64,000 bases of DNA from Beggiatoa alba B18LD (GTDB taxonomy: Bacteria > Pseudomonadota > Gammaproteobacteria > Beggiatoales > Beggiatoaceae), in assembly GCF_000245015.1 (NCBI RefSeq), contig NZ_JH600070.1, positions 3,823,062 through 3,887,061 on the forward strand, in the 5' to 3' direction. Made by a program: the position numbers and the translations under genes. The notes below the pieces were generated by a model. The model did not search any database. It was not told where the DNA came from and saw nothing but the letters and a program-made list of their open reading frames with translations. The stretch's first letter is position 1; each line of letters opens with the position of its first letter. Positions 47,655 to 58,085 of the stretch are shown in pieces.

Positions 47655-48047
47655 ATGTCCTACAGCGAAAAAGTTATCGACCACTATGAAAACCCCCGCA
47701 ATGTTGGCACGTTTGACCAGCAAGACCCACATGTTGGCACAGGATTAGTCGGCGCACCCGCCTGTGGCGACGTGATGCGCTTACAAATTAAAGTCAACGA
47801 ACAAGGGGTAATTGAAGACGCAAAATTCAAAACCTACGGCTGTGGCTCTGCCATCGCCTCCAGTTCACTACTGACAGAATGGGTTAAGGGTAAAACCTTA
47901 GAAGAAGCAGCATCGATTAAAAATACAGAAATTGCTGAAGAATTAGCCCTGCCTCCTGTAAAAATTCATTGCAGCGTATTGGCAGAATCTGCCATTAAAG
48001 CAGCCATTAAGGATTATCAGGAAAAGGCAAATGTTGGCGTAGAATAG
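47655..48047 (+). CDS. iscU: Fe-S cluster scaffold protein
   Basis: 130 aa with GAPACGDVMRLQ, YGCGSAIASSS, HCSVLAE and LPPVK. Confidence 0.9.
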   Translation: MSYSEKVIDHYENPRNVGTFDQQDPHVGTGLVGAPACGDVMRLQIKVNEQGVIEDAKFKTYGCGSAIASSSLLTEWVKGKTLEEAASIKNTEIAEELALPPVKIHCSVLAESAIKAAIKDYQEKANVGVE

Positions 48048-48079
48048 CTCTGTACTCGCTAATTCTGCTTAAAAATCAA

Positions 48080-48106
48080 AAGGGCGATATGATTTCGCCC
48101 TTTTTT
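48080..48106 (+). terminator. Rho-independent terminator after iscU
   Basis: agggcgatatgatttcgccct followed by ttttt. Confidence 0.55.
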
Positions 48107-48600
48107 AATTAACCTGAATTCGACGAGTTTTATAAAATAAAACAGAGACCTGCTAGGTTTTTAAAACCTAGCAGGTCTTTTTTTGTCTGAATCAGAATTC
48201 ACAGAATTAGCAGAATTAAAAACATAATTTTTTATTCTTTTAATTTTCTTGTCTTTTTAATTCTGAAAATTCTGATTCAGACAAGCTGTTGTCTTTTTAA
48301 AAGAAACTCGCCGAACTCAGGTTAATTAACCTGAATTCGACGAGTTTTATAAAATAAAACAGAGACCTGCTAGGTTTTAAAAACCTAGCAGGTCTGTCGG
48401 AACGTGCGAAAAGAATTCACCAGAGAAGATTAAAAGATTGTCTGAATCAGGATTTTCAGAATTAACAGAATTTAAAACCCTAAAACCAAAATTTAAGGTG
48501 AATCACGCTTTTTAATTCTGCTAATTCTGAAAATTCTGTGAATCCTGATTCAGACAAGCTGTTGTCTTTTTAAAAGAAACTCGCCGAATTCAGGTTAATT
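48104..48600. repeat. Dense composite repeat cluster
   Basis: A modules (48104-48125, the 48307-48344 palindrome, 48577-48600), D palindromes (48145-48177, 48363-48395), MITE-like copies (48184-48284, 48439-48556) and B hairpins. Confidence 0.65.
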
Positions 48601-49519
48601 ACAAATCACGTTTAAAAAAATCCGTGTCCATCATCTCTATAAATCGTTTTGCTCCTGGTGAGAGGAATTTGCCACGGCGCAGAATCACGCCATAACTTCG
48701 CTTGGGAAAATATTGCTCTAACGATAAAACTTCAACAGGGTCACTCGGTGTTAGGCAAATACTCGTCACAACAGAAATGCCCAAGCCTAACGCCACGTAT
48801 TTTTTAATCACTTCCCAGCCACCTGCTTCTAAGGTGACTTTATAGTCTAAATTATGCTGTTGAAAAACCATTTTCACCATACGCCATGTGCTTAAATGAC
48901 GCGGTGGGAGAATCAACCCATATTGGCTAATGTCTTCTAAACGAAAATCGGGTTTTTGCGCTAAAGGATGATTTTTCGGTGTAATCAGAACAGTGTCATA
49001 GTAGTAAATGGGAAAATACATGATATCGTCAGGAATATCTAAAAATGACCCAACGGCAAAATCGACTTCATTTGCCCGTAATAACGCCATCCCATCGCGT
49101 CCTGTGACATTATGCAAGCGCAAGCGGATACCAGGGTAAGCACTGGCAAAACGTTTCATGACATCGGGCAAAATATACAGAATGGTCGATTCGCCCGCTG
49201 TGATATTTAACTCGCCTGATTCTAAATTACCCCGTCGTACTGCAAACGATTCTGTTAAAGAATCAATCCCTTCTACTAAAGGCGTTGCTAATTCGTATAA
49301 AATTTTTCCTTCGGGGGTTAATTCAATCGAGGGACCACGCCGTTCGAATAAAGAAATATCTAATTCACGTTCTAGGGCTTTTATTTGTAGTGAAACAGAG
49401 GGCTGACTTAAAAATAAACGGTCAGCAGCTTTAGAAATGCTTCCCGTTTGTGCCGCATGGCAAAAAGCCCGCAGTTGTTTCAGTCGATTTTGTTTGTAGT
49501 AAAAACGCTCGTTAGACAT
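48599..49519 (-). CDS. LysR-family transcriptional regulator
   Basis: 306 aa with an N-terminal HTH (LRAFCHAAQTGSISKAADRLFLSQPSVSLQIKALE) and a LysR substrate-binding domain. Confidence 0.75.
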   Translation of the reverse strand: MSNERFYYKQNRLKQLRAFCHAAQTGSISKAADRLFLSQPSVSLQIKALERELDISLFERRGPSIELTPEGKILYELATPLVEGIDSLTESFAVRRGNLESGELNITAGESTILYILPDVMKRFASAYPGIRLRLHNVTGRDGMALLRANEVDFAVGSFLDIPDDIMYFPIYYYDTVLITPKNHPLAQKPDFRLEDISQYGLILPPRHLSTWRMVKMVFQQHNLDYKVTLEAGGWEVIKKYVALGLGISVVTSICLTPSDPVEVLSLEQYFPKRSYGVILRRGKFLSPGAKRFIEMMDTDFFKRDL

Positions 49520-49588
49520 AACACACCTAATATTATTGAAATTATTGCGCGTTATTAAAGAATCATGGTTAATTGAGTTATCAAAGAA

Positions 49589-50371
49589 TTACCATGTTTT
49601 AGGTTGAAATTGAATATCATTCAGAATGATAGCAGTATCATGCTTTTGGGTTATAACAAAAAAACCTTTTCTATACGCATATTTAGAGACATTATCAGGA
49701 ATAACCATGCCAGCGACCGCGCCAAAAATTTGACTGTCCTGATATTTAGGAAATAATGGTTTAAATTTTCCCATCCGCTCTATATGTTCGTCGACATCAT
49801 CTTGACTTAAATGGCTTTTAACCTCGATAAGTACGCAACAATCGCCATTAATCGCTAATAAATCAATTTGCATTGCTAAACCTAATTGAGGGTTATTCGC
49901 CTCCACATCACGACTAACCACATGTACATCAATGCCCCGCGCTTGTAATAAAGGCACTATATTAGGTTTAATAAATTCTTCAACAAACTCGCCTAAGCGA
50001 TTGCTTAATGCGCCAATTCTTTTATCTAACTCTCGCGAACGTTTTTCAGCTGCCTGTGCGTAACCGCCTAATAACTTCTCTGTTTTATGCAATCCGTCAT
50101 GTAAACTGACAATCGTTTCTTTAATTTTACGATCAGTTTCTTTTGAGCTTTCAGCCATTTCCGTTCGTATTTCTTGAAATCTACGGTCAGTCTCTTTTGA
50201 GCTTTCAGCCATTTCCGTTCGTATTTCTTGAAATCTACGGTCAGTCTCTCTTGACGCTTCTACCAGCTCTTTAATGCTCCGCTCTGTTTCTTCTGACCGA
50301 TAACGTAAAGCTTGAATCTGCTTTCCCGTTTCACGAAACATTTCCCAAATTTCTTCTGTATTAACTGCCAT
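49589..50371 (-). CDS. PD-(D/E)xK-like nuclease-fold protein with an N-terminal coiled coil (DUF3782-like)
   Basis: 260 aa. The C-terminus DLLAINGDCCVLIEVKS is a D...E-V-K motif. An internal perfect 54-bp tandem duplication (50141-50248) encodes ETDRRFQEIRTEMAESSK twice. Confidence 0.4.
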   Translation of the reverse strand: MAVNTEEIWEMFRETGKQIQALRYRSEETERSIKELVEASRETDRRFQEIRTEMAESSKETDRRFQEIRTEMAESSKETDRKIKETIVSLHDGLHKTEKLLGGYAQAAEKRSRELDKRIGALSNRLGEFVEEFIKPNIVPLLQARGIDVHVVSRDVEANNPQLGLAMQIDLLAINGDCCVLIEVKSHLSQDDVDEHIERMGKFKPLFPKYQDSQIFGAVAGMVIPDNVSKYAYRKGFFVITQKHDTAIILNDIQFQPKTW

Positions 50372-50570
50372 CGCTAAACCCTTGCTAATACTGTATTAAT
50401 GCCTCATTTTCCACAATAAGCAATATTTTTAACAATTCACTATTAACATAGACAATAGTATATATTAAAATATTTGGCTTACCAATTGTTGCAACGCAAC
50501 GTAAAAATCAGCTTTAATTATAGACCCATTACTCAAACGTAGCTAAACACGTCCAGAGGGATAGATTACG

Positions 50571-52178
50571 ATGTCAACACAACCTGTGTCACTGCATACG
50601 CCTGATTTGACAATCACTGCTCCAGTTAAACCAGAGTTTGCCTCTGTATTAACCGCTGAAGCAGTTGCGTTTGTAGCGGACTTAGTAAAACACTTTGGTG
50701 CACGACGTGAAGCACTTTTAGCAAGACGGGTTGAGCGGCAAAAACAATTAGAAGCAGGCATTATGCCTGATTTCCTGCCTGAAACTAAGCACATTCGTGA
50801 TGGTAATTGGCAAGTCGGTGCGACCCCCGCCGATTTACAAGACCGCCGTGTCGAGATTACTGGGCCTGTTGACCGCAAAATGGTCATCAATGCCTTGAAC
50901 TCAGGCGCGAAAGTATTCATGGCAGATTTTGAAGATGCACAAAGCCCTACTTGGGAAGGATTATTGGAAGGGCACATTAACCTACGTGATGCCTTAGACA
51001 AGACCATTTCCTACACCAGCCCAGAAGGCAAACAGTATCAATTAAACGACACTATAGCGACCCTATTAGTGCGTCCTCGTGGTTGGCATTTAGAAGAAAA
51101 ACATGTGTTATTTGAAGGTAAACCTATATCTGGTTCACTTTTTGATTTCGGGTTGTACTTCTTCCACAATGCAAAACGTGCTTTAAGCAAAGGCACAGGA
51201 CCTTACTTTTACTTACCCAAATTAGAAAGCCATTTAGAAGCCCGTTTATGGAACGACGTATTTAACTACGCACAAGATAAACTCGGCTTACCCCGTGGCA
51301 CTATCAAAGCCACTGTTTTAATTGAAACGATTTTAGCCTCTTTCGAAATGGACGAAATTCTATATGAATTACGTGACCATTGCGTTGGGTTAAATTGTGG
51401 TCGTTGGGACTACATTTTTAGTTTCATCAAAAAATTCTGCAAAAACCCAGAATTTGTCTTACCTGACCGTGGCGAAGTGACAATGACAAGCCACTTCTTA
51501 CGTTCCTACTCTCAACTATTGATTAAAACCTGTCACCGTCGCGGCGCACATGCGATGGGCGGGATGGCGGCGCAAATTCCGATTAAGAATGACCCAGCCG
51601 CTAACGATGCCGCACTAGCAAAAGTGCTGGCTGATAAAGAACGAGAAGCAGGCGATGGACATGATGGCACGTGGGTTGCACATCCTGCACTAGTTCCGAT
51701 TGCAATGGACGTATTCAACAAATACATGCCCAAAGCCAATCAAAAAGATAAACTGCGCGAAGAAGTCAATGTTACCGCAAAAGATTTATTGCAAGTTCCA
51801 ACAGGCAATATCACTGAAAAAGGATTGCGTAACAATGTCAGTGCGGCACTTCAATACATGGAAGCATGGTTAGGCGGAAATGGCTGTGTGCCTATTAACA
51901 ACCTCATGGAAGATGCAGCAACCGCTGAAATTGCCCGCGCCCAATTATGGCAGTGGGTACGTTATCCGAAAGGCGTTTTAAACGATGGTCGCAAAGTGAC
52001 CGCCGAATTAGTCAAACAAGTGATACAGGAGGAACTCGATATTATCCGTGCTCAGGTGGGTGAACAGCGCCAAAAGGCTGGTCACTACGCATTAGCTGCG
52101 GAATTACTCGCGAAGATTGTGACAGAAGAGACGTTTGCTGAATTTTTGACTTTAGTCGCTTACGAATATTTACCTTAA
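50571..52178 (+). CDS. aceB: Malate synthase A
   Basis: 535 aa with a malate synthase A-like layout, adjacent to aceA. Confidence 0.8.
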   Translation: MSTQPVSLHTPDLTITAPVKPEFASVLTAEAVAFVADLVKHFGARREALLARRVERQKQLEAGIMPDFLPETKHIRDGNWQVGATPADLQDRRVEITGPVDRKMVINALNSGAKVFMADFEDAQSPTWEGLLEGHINLRDALDKTISYTSPEGKQYQLNDTIATLLVRPRGWHLEEKHVLFEGKPISGSLFDFGLYFFHNAKRALSKGTGPYFYLPKLESHLEARLWNDVFNYAQDKLGLPRGTIKATVLIETILASFEMDEILYELRDHCVGLNCGRWDYIFSFIKKFCKNPEFVLPDRGEVTMTSHFLRSYSQLLIKTCHRRGAHAMGGMAAQIPIKNDPAANDAALAKVLADKEREAGDGHDGTWVAHPALVPIAMDVFNKYMPKANQKDKLREEVNVTAKDLLQVPTGNITEKGLRNNVSAALQYMEAWLGGNGCVPINNLMEDAATAEIARAQLWQWVRYPKGVLNDGRKVTAELVKQVIQEELDIIRAQVGEQRQKAGHYALAAELLAKIVTEETFAEFLTLVAYEYLP

Positions 52179-52194
52179 ACCGAGACTGGATAAT

Positions 52195-53475
52195 ATGACA
52201 TTTTTAGATGCAAAAGCACTTGAAAAAGACTGGGCTGAGAATCCTCGCTGGAAAGGCGTGACCCGTGGTTATTCCGCTGCTGAAGTAGTTCGTTTACGTG
52301 GCACTTTACCCATTGAGCACACCTTAGCCAAAGTAGGTGCTGAGAAACTGTGGAAATATTTAAACACAGAACCGTATGTTAATGCTTTAGGTGCTTTAAC
52401 TGGCAACCAAGCCATGCAACAAGCCAAAGCAGGCTTAAAAGCCATTTACTTAAGTGGCTGGCAAGTTGCAGGCGATGCCAACAGCGCAGGTCAAATGTAC
52501 CCTGACCAAAGCTTATACCCCGTTGACAGCGTGCCGACCGTTGTTCGCCGTATTAACAACGCATTCCAACGCGCTGACCAATTACACCATGCCGAAGGCA
52601 ACGACTCCATCGACTGGTACGTGCCTATCGTTGCTGATGCCGAAGCAGGTTTCGGCGGTGTGTTAAATGCTTTCGAATTAATGAAAGGCATGATTGAAGC
52701 GGGTGCGGCTGGTGTTCACTGGGAAGACCAATTAGCCTCTGCGAAAAAATGCGGTCACATGGGTGGAAAAGTCTTAGTTCCTACACAAGAAGCCGTGCAA
52801 AAATTAATCGCTGCCCGTTTAGCTGCTGACGTTTCTGGCGTACCTAGCGTGATTATTGCCCGTACCGACGCATTAGGAGCTGCTTTATTAACCAGCGACA
52901 TCGACCCACGTGATCAAGAATTTGTCACTGGCAACCGTACCGTTGAAGGCTTCTACCAAACCCGTCAAGGGATGGCTCAAGGGATTTCTCGCGGTTTAGC
53001 CTACGCCCCTTATGCTGACCTGATTTGGTTAGAAACAGGCAAACCTGACTTAAATGAAGCCCGCGTCTTCGCGGAAGCTATTAAGAAAGAATTCCCAGAT
53101 AAAATGCTGGCTTACAACTGCTCACCTTCCTTCAACTGGAAACGTCACCTTGACGACGCAACCATTGCCAAGTTCCAAAAAGAACTCGGTGCAATGGGTT
53201 ACAAATTCCAATTCATCACCTTGGCAGGCTTCCATACATTGAACTACTCTATGTTCGATTTAGCTGACAAGTATCGTGACACTGGCATGACTGCTTATGT
53301 AGAATTGCAAGAAAAAGAATTTGCTGCTGAATCTCGTGGTTACACGGCAACCAAGCATCAACGTGAAGTCGGTGCTGGTTTCTTTGATGACGTGACCCAA
53401 GTGATTACAGGCGGTGTGTCTTCTATCACTGCATTAAAAGGCTCTACCGAAGAAGAGCAATTTACCCACGCTTAA
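52195..53475 (+). CDS. aceA: Isocitrate lyase
   Basis: 426 aa with the ICL signature KKCGHMGGK. Confidence 0.9.
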   Translation: MTFLDAKALEKDWAENPRWKGVTRGYSAAEVVRLRGTLPIEHTLAKVGAEKLWKYLNTEPYVNALGALTGNQAMQQAKAGLKAIYLSGWQVAGDANSAGQMYPDQSLYPVDSVPTVVRRINNAFQRADQLHHAEGNDSIDWYVPIVADAEAGFGGVLNAFELMKGMIEAGAAGVHWEDQLASAKKCGHMGGKVLVPTQEAVQKLIAARLAADVSGVPSVIIARTDALGAALLTSDIDPRDQEFVTGNRTVEGFYQTRQGMAQGISRGLAYAPYADLIWLETGKPDLNEARVFAEAIKKEFPDKMLAYNCSPSFNWKRHLDDATIAKFQKELGAMGYKFQFITLAGFHTLNYSMFDLADKYRDTGMTAYVELQEKEFAAESRGYTATKHQREVGAGFFDDVTQVITGGVSSITALKGSTEEEQFTHA

Positions 53476-53481
53476 TTTTTT

Positions 53482-53736
53482 AAGCTGGTCAATCTGATTC
53501 GCCTGTTCCAACAGACCTGCTAGGTTTTCAAAACCTAGCAGGTCTTTTTTTGTCTGAATCAGAATTAACAGAATTAGCAGAATTAAAAAGATTTATTCAT
53601 GTTAGTTTTTTGGTTTAAGGGGTTTAAATTCTGTTAATTCTGAAAATCCTGATTCAGACAATTTTTTCATCTTGTCTGGTCAATCTGATTCGCCTGTTCC
53701 GACAGACCTGTTAGGTTTTCAAAACCTAGCAGGTCT
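53482..53736. repeat. Repeat cluster: a ~55-bp segment plus D palindrome duplicated on both sides (53482-53545 and 53677-53736) of MITE-like copy 53551-53660
   Basis: ctggtcaatctgattcgcctgttcc(a/g)acagacctg(c/t)taggttttcaaaacctagcaggtct occurs twice. The D palindrome followed by a T-run probably terminates aceA. Confidence 0.6.
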
Positions 53737-53874
53737 CTGTTTTATTTTATAAAACTCGCAAAGCTGGGGTTATTTAGGTACAATTTTTTATTTCATTGGT
53801 TCTGCTTTTTAAACGTCATTGACAATTAATTATTTAATATCAATTGTATCGTTGTGCTGAGGGTTATTTGAATT

Positions 53875-54657
53875 ATGTCTTTAACTGATTTTCGTGTACT
53901 CGTCACCCGTCCTGCACATCAAGCAGAAGCCTTATGTGAGCAAATAGAAGCTCTTGGCGGTATAGCAATCCGTTTACCTGTTTTAGAAATTATTCCATTG
54001 GCAGACAGAAGTCCGCTATCTAGTTGTCGTCAACAATTGCCTCAATTAGACATGCTTATCTTTGTCAGTGCTAATGCTGTCGAATATGGATTGCCTGAAT
54101 TGCTTGATGAACAGAAAAAACTCCCTGTTCATCTCACGACGATTGCGATTGGTAAAAAAACGGCTGAGGCGTTGCAAGCGTGGGGAGTATCCGCACTTTG
54201 TGCGCCAGCACCCTATAACACAGAAGCATTATTAATCATGCCTTTGATGCAACAGGTGGAAGCCCGAAAAATCATTATTGTGCGAGGAGAAGGAGGGCGC
54301 GAGACGTTAGCCGAACAGTTGCGTTTGCGGGGGGCGCAAGTAGATTATTTAAATGTTTATCGTCGAGAATGCCCGCGTTTATTAACGTTACCGACTTCAC
54401 CGCCCGATATTATGATAGTGACCAGTAGCGAAGGCTTACAAAATTTATTGATTTTATTGGCGGAACAATCTTGGGTTAAAAGTACACCCTTATTAGTGAT
54501 GAGCGAGCGCACACGCAACGAAGCCATCAATTTAGGTTTTTCTGCGCCGATTTTAGTCACCAAAATTGCCAGTGATGAAGGCTTACTCAACATGCTAGTC
54601 TATTGGAAAACAAAAGGGCGTTTTACGCAAGGTAAGTCGCCAACAGAAGCACGTTAA
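53875..54657 (+). CDS. hemD: Uroporphyrinogen-III synthase
   Basis: 260 aa, HemD-like (VLVTRP N-terminus and a two-domain layout). No hemC is adjacent. Confidence 0.6.
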   Translation: MSLTDFRVLVTRPAHQAEALCEQIEALGGIAIRLPVLEIIPLADRSPLSSCRQQLPQLDMLIFVSANAVEYGLPELLDEQKKLPVHLTTIAIGKKTAEALQAWGVSALCAPAPYNTEALLIMPLMQQVEARKIIIVRGEGGRETLAEQLRLRGAQVDYLNVYRRECPRLLTLPTSPPDIMIVTSSEGLQNLLILLAEQSWVKSTPLLVMSERTRNEAINLGFSAPILVTKIASDEGLLNMLVYWKTKGRFTQGKSPTEAR

Positions 54658-54665
54658 TTATCTTT

Positions 54666-55121
54666 TTAAGCAAATCCCAGTTGTCGCCATGCCTCGTAAA
54701 TAACGACTGCAACGGAGTTTGATAAATTTAAACTTCGATTGCCTGCTCGCATGGGGATTCTAATCATCTGTTCTTGTGGAAAACGTTCAAGGACAGTTCG
54801 CGGTAATCCAGAAGTTTCCGAACCGAATAAAAATGCATCTCCCGCCTGATAGTGGCAGTCGGTGTAATATTGTTCGCCACAAGTTTCACAGATAAATAAA
54901 CGGGTTGGATTTATCGTGATTAGAAAATCATCTAATGTTTTATATTCCTTTACATTGACCCACTCATGATAATCTAACCCTGCGCGACGCATACGTTTGT
55001 CGTCGAGACTAAAGCCTAATGGGTGAATTAGGTGGAGTTGTACTTGTGTATTGGCACACAGACGAATGACATTCCCTGTATTGGGGGGGATTTCTGGTTG
55101 ATGAAGCACACAATGAAACAT
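54666..55121 (-). CDS. trmL: tRNA (cytidine/uridine-2'-O)-methyltransferase, SpoU/TrmL family
   Basis: 151 aa with SpoU motifs ([20 protein letters not shown]) and the YibK/TrmL size. Confidence 0.75.
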   Translation of the reverse strand: MFHCVLHQPEIPPNTGNVIRLCANTQVQLHLIHPLGFSLDDKRMRRAGLDYHEWVNVKEYKTLDDFLITINPTRLFICETCGEQYYTDCHYQAGDAFLFGSETSGLPRTVLERFPQEQMIRIPMRAGNRSLNLSNSVAVVIYEAWRQLGFA

Positions 55122-55232
55122 GGTTTAGTAACTTAAAAGCTGCTTTTTTAAAAATTTAGAGCTATTTTAGCCTTAATTGATAGACATTGGTTAATGTAAG
55201 AAAGAACATAATATCTTATCGGACTAATTTAC

Positions 55233-55670
55233 ATGAAATTAAGGTATAAAGACGGATTGAATTTGTGCAATTGCACCTTTATAGGTGGCGGAATTGATGA
55301 TGGTATGAATTTGGAAAATAAGCATGTAGAAAATGTAATTTTTGAAAGATGCATTATCATGGATGTAAATTTTAAATATGCAACTTTTGTGAATGTTGAA
55401 TTTTATGACGTTGTGTTTTTTTTAACCGATTTTTCTTTTACAAAATGGGTAAACGCTCAATTTTATGGCGTTGATTTAAAAGCATCGCAGTTTTTTCAAG
55501 CAACGTTAAAGGATGTTTCTTTTTTACCAGATAATGTTCTGCATAAAACTGACATAAGTGCTATCGATTTTTCCACCGCTATCTTTGACAATGTTATGTT
55601 AGATAACGTGATTTTTGACGAGTTGACACGTTTACCCAGTGGCTATACTGTCAATAAAACAAGTCTTTAA
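55233..55670 (+). CDS. Pentapeptide-repeat protein
   Basis: 145 aa, AT-rich, with repeated pentapeptides (e.g. ERCIIMDVNFKYATFVNVEFYDVVF). Confidence 0.45.
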   Translation: MKLRYKDGLNLCNCTFIGGGIDDGMNLENKHVENVIFERCIIMDVNFKYATFVNVEFYDVVFFLTDFSFTKWVNAQFYGVDLKASQFFQATLKDVSFLPDNVLHKTDISAIDFSTAIFDNVMLDNVIFDELTRLPSGYTVNKTSL

Positions 55671-55800
55671 ACATTATAACACCTTAAAAATTTTCATCAT
55701 TTTATTGGCTCAATCACCATTGAACATCCACATCACATATTGAAAACAGTGTGAACATGGCATAATAACCCCCTTAAATTTTAAGGGGTAACTTCTTTAG

Positions 55801-56838
55801 ATGACGCAGATTACTTTAACTCAACCTGATGATTGGCATTTGCATGTCCGTGATGGCGTGGCAATGGCTTCTGTGATTCAAGCAACTGCGCGTTGTTTTG
55901 GACGCGCCATTATTATGCCGAATTTAAAACCGCCTGTTATTTCTTTAGCACAAGCGGAGACTTATAGAAGTCGTATTTTGCAAGCCTTGCCTGAAGGTTC
56001 TACTTTTCAGCCGTTGATGACCTTATATTTAACGGATAATACAAGCGTTGAAGAAATCAAACGGTTAAAGGAGTCTGAAAGCGTTGTTGCCATTAAGTAT
56101 TATCCTGCGGGTGCAACGACTAATTCTGAATCAGGTGTGACGGATTTGCATAAAGTTTGGCATTTGTTAGAAGCGATGCAAACGTATGATGTGCCTTTGT
56201 TAATTCATGGGGAAGTAACGGCAAATACGGTCGATATTTTTGACCGTGAAAAGGTTTTTATTGAGTATATTCTTGACTCTATTATTCTTGCCTTTCCTAA
56301 TTTGCGGATTGTCTTAGAACATATTACAACGGCGGAAGCTGTGGATTATGTCAGTGCACAGTCGTCTAAGATTGGGGCGACCATTACCGCGCATCATTTA
56401 TTGATGAATCGCAATGATTTATTTACAGGCGGGGTGCGTCCGCATCATTATTGTTTGCCTGTGTTAAAACGTGAACAGCATCGTCAAGCCTTGCTACGTG
56501 CAGCAACCAGTGGTAATCCTAAATTCTTTTTAGGCACGGATAGCGCGCCTCATGCCCGTCATACGAAAGAAGCAAGTTGTGGTTGTGCGGGTATGTTTAC
56601 CGCGCCTGCCGCTTTAGAGTTGTACGCGGAAGCGTTTGAGCAGGTTAATGCTTTGGATAAGTTAGAGGGGTTTGCGAGTTTTTACGGCGCGGATTTTTAT
56701 GGCGTAGCACGTAATACGCGGACAGTGACGTTGAAAAAACAGTGTTGGCAAATGCCGACATCGCTTGCATTTGGTGATGATACGGTTGTTCCTTTGCGGG
56801 CAGGTGATGATATTCAATGGCAGTTGGTAACAGGTTGA
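55801..56838 (+). CDS. pyrC: Dihydroorotase (class II, homodimeric type)
   Basis: 345 aa. [10 protein letters not shown] metal-binding N-terminus and the E. coli PyrC-like length. Confidence 0.85.
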   Translation: MTQITLTQPDDWHLHVRDGVAMASVIQATARCFGRAIIMPNLKPPVISLAQAETYRSRILQALPEGSTFQPLMTLYLTDNTSVEEIKRLKESESVVAIKYYPAGATTNSESGVTDLHKVWHLLEAMQTYDVPLLIHGEVTANTVDIFDREKVFIEYILDSIILAFPNLRIVLEHITTAEAVDYVSAQSSKIGATITAHHLLMNRNDLFTGGVRPHHYCLPVLKREQHRQALLRAATSGNPKFFLGTDSAPHARHTKEASCGCAGMFTAPAALELYAEAFEQVNALDKLEGFASFYGADFYGVARNTRTVTLKKQCWQMPTSLAFGDDTVVPLRAGDDIQWQLVTG

Positions 56839-56845
56839 TTTAATA

Positions 56846-57472
56846 GTGTATAATCCATTAATTGCAAAAAGATTTCGTGGTTTTTTACCCGTTGTTGTTG
56901 ATGTGGAAACAGCGGGATTTGACCCTAAACGGGATGCCTTACTTGAGATTGCCGCCGTCATTTTAGATGTAGATGAAAAGGGATTTTGGCAACGGGGCGA
57001 AACACATGCTTGTCATGTTGAGCCGTTTGCGGGGGCAAATTTGGACGCAGCCGCGTTGGCGTTTACAGGGATAGACCCTTATCACCCTTTTCGTTTAGCT
57101 TTGCCTGAGCATGATGCGTTACATAAGATTTTTAAGCCTATTCGTGAGGCGGTAAAGTCGCAGAAGTGTTCGCGGGCGGTATTAGTGGGTCATAATCCTG
57201 CGTTTGATTTAAGTTTTTTAAATGCCGCTACTGAGCGGACGAATACAAAACGCAATCCTTTCCATCCGTTTAGTGCTTTTGATACAGCAACATTAGGCGG
57301 TTTGGCTTTTGGTCAGACGGTATTAGCACGGGCGGTGCAGGTAGCGGGTTTTGAGTGGGATAATGATCAGGCGCATTCGGCGATTTATGACGCTGAGCGA
57401 ACAGCGGATTTATTTTGTGCTATTGTCAATCTGTGGGATGTAAAAATTGGGGTACGGTCTCGGCTGGAATAG
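56846..57472 (+). CDS. rnt: Ribonuclease T
   Basis: 208 aa with [18 protein letters not shown] and DEDDh exonuclease motifs, adjacent to pyrC. Confidence 0.85.
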   Translation: MYNPLIAKRFRGFLPVVVDVETAGFDPKRDALLEIAAVILDVDEKGFWQRGETHACHVEPFAGANLDAAALAFTGIDPYHPFRLALPEHDALHKIFKPIREAVKSQKCSRAVLVGHNPAFDLSFLNAATERTNTKRNPFHPFSAFDTATLGGLAFGQTVLARAVQVAGFEWDNDQAHSAIYDAERTADLFCAIVNLWDVKIGVRSRLE

Positions 57473-57517
57473 ACAAGGCGTGTGATGATGTCACTATCGC
57501 CTTGTTCAGTGAGTTTT

Positions 57518-57931
57518 TTATATTTTTGATGCACCGGGTTTTTTGGTGTTGTATTCCTCATGAGAGAGTACAACAACAGGGGTTAAGCCTTCTTTTTCGT
57601 CCTTAAATAAGATGCGGTAATCATTATCAATAGGCACGGAAACGATGTGCCTATCGTAATTCATCCGTTTACCGTTAAAGACTTGATACGCTTGCCCTTC
57701 TTTAATGGCAGCGAGAATAGAACGGGCTTTAATAACTAAACTTTTATGTGGCAGTTTTCGTAAGTCAACAGCATCTGCTTTAAATTGTTGTTCCCACACC
57801 TGTTTTTCACGTTTATTAGTGTCTTGATGATGTTGTTCTACTGAAGATTGTTGACATTTATGACAATACTGCCCTAACCCTTTATGTCCACATGGAAATG
57901 TCTTTTTTGCCATATTAATCATGTACTCCAT
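57518..57931 (-). CDS. Hypothetical protein with an N-terminal Cys/His zinc-ribbon-like motif and a RelE/ParE-like C-terminal segment (weak)
   Basis: CGHKGLGQYCHKCQ near the N-terminus. The C-terminal DYRILFKDEKEGLTPVVVLSHEEY resembles RelE/ParE toxins. Confidence 0.3.
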   Translation of the reverse strand: MEYMINMAKKTFPCGHKGLGQYCHKCQQSSVEQHHQDTNKREKQVWEQQFKADAVDLRKLPHKSLVIKARSILAAIKEGQAYQVFNGKRMNYDRHIVSVPIDNDYRILFKDEKEGLTPVVVLSHEEYNTKKPGASKI

Positions 57932-58085
57932 TGTTTTAAACTAACGACTTTCCTGATGATATATGGGGATACTGTGTGATTTCAGCAACTCAATGTCTTG
58001 TCTCTTTATGCGATTTATGCATTGTTTAATATGGCACTGAATTCGCACACGCTAGGCTAATAACTCTCTAATAAATACCTACGCT

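Noticed and set aside
50543-51007. 154-aa minus-strand ORF
   Set aside because: It lies entirely antisense within the well-supported malate synthase gene. Its composition is typical of a GC-skewed shadow ORF.
57385-57606. ORFs 57385-57576 (minus) and 57415-57606 (plus)
   Set aside because: They overlap the 3' end of rnt and the 3' end of the zinc-ribbon gene in other frames, and no conservation signal is visible by eye.
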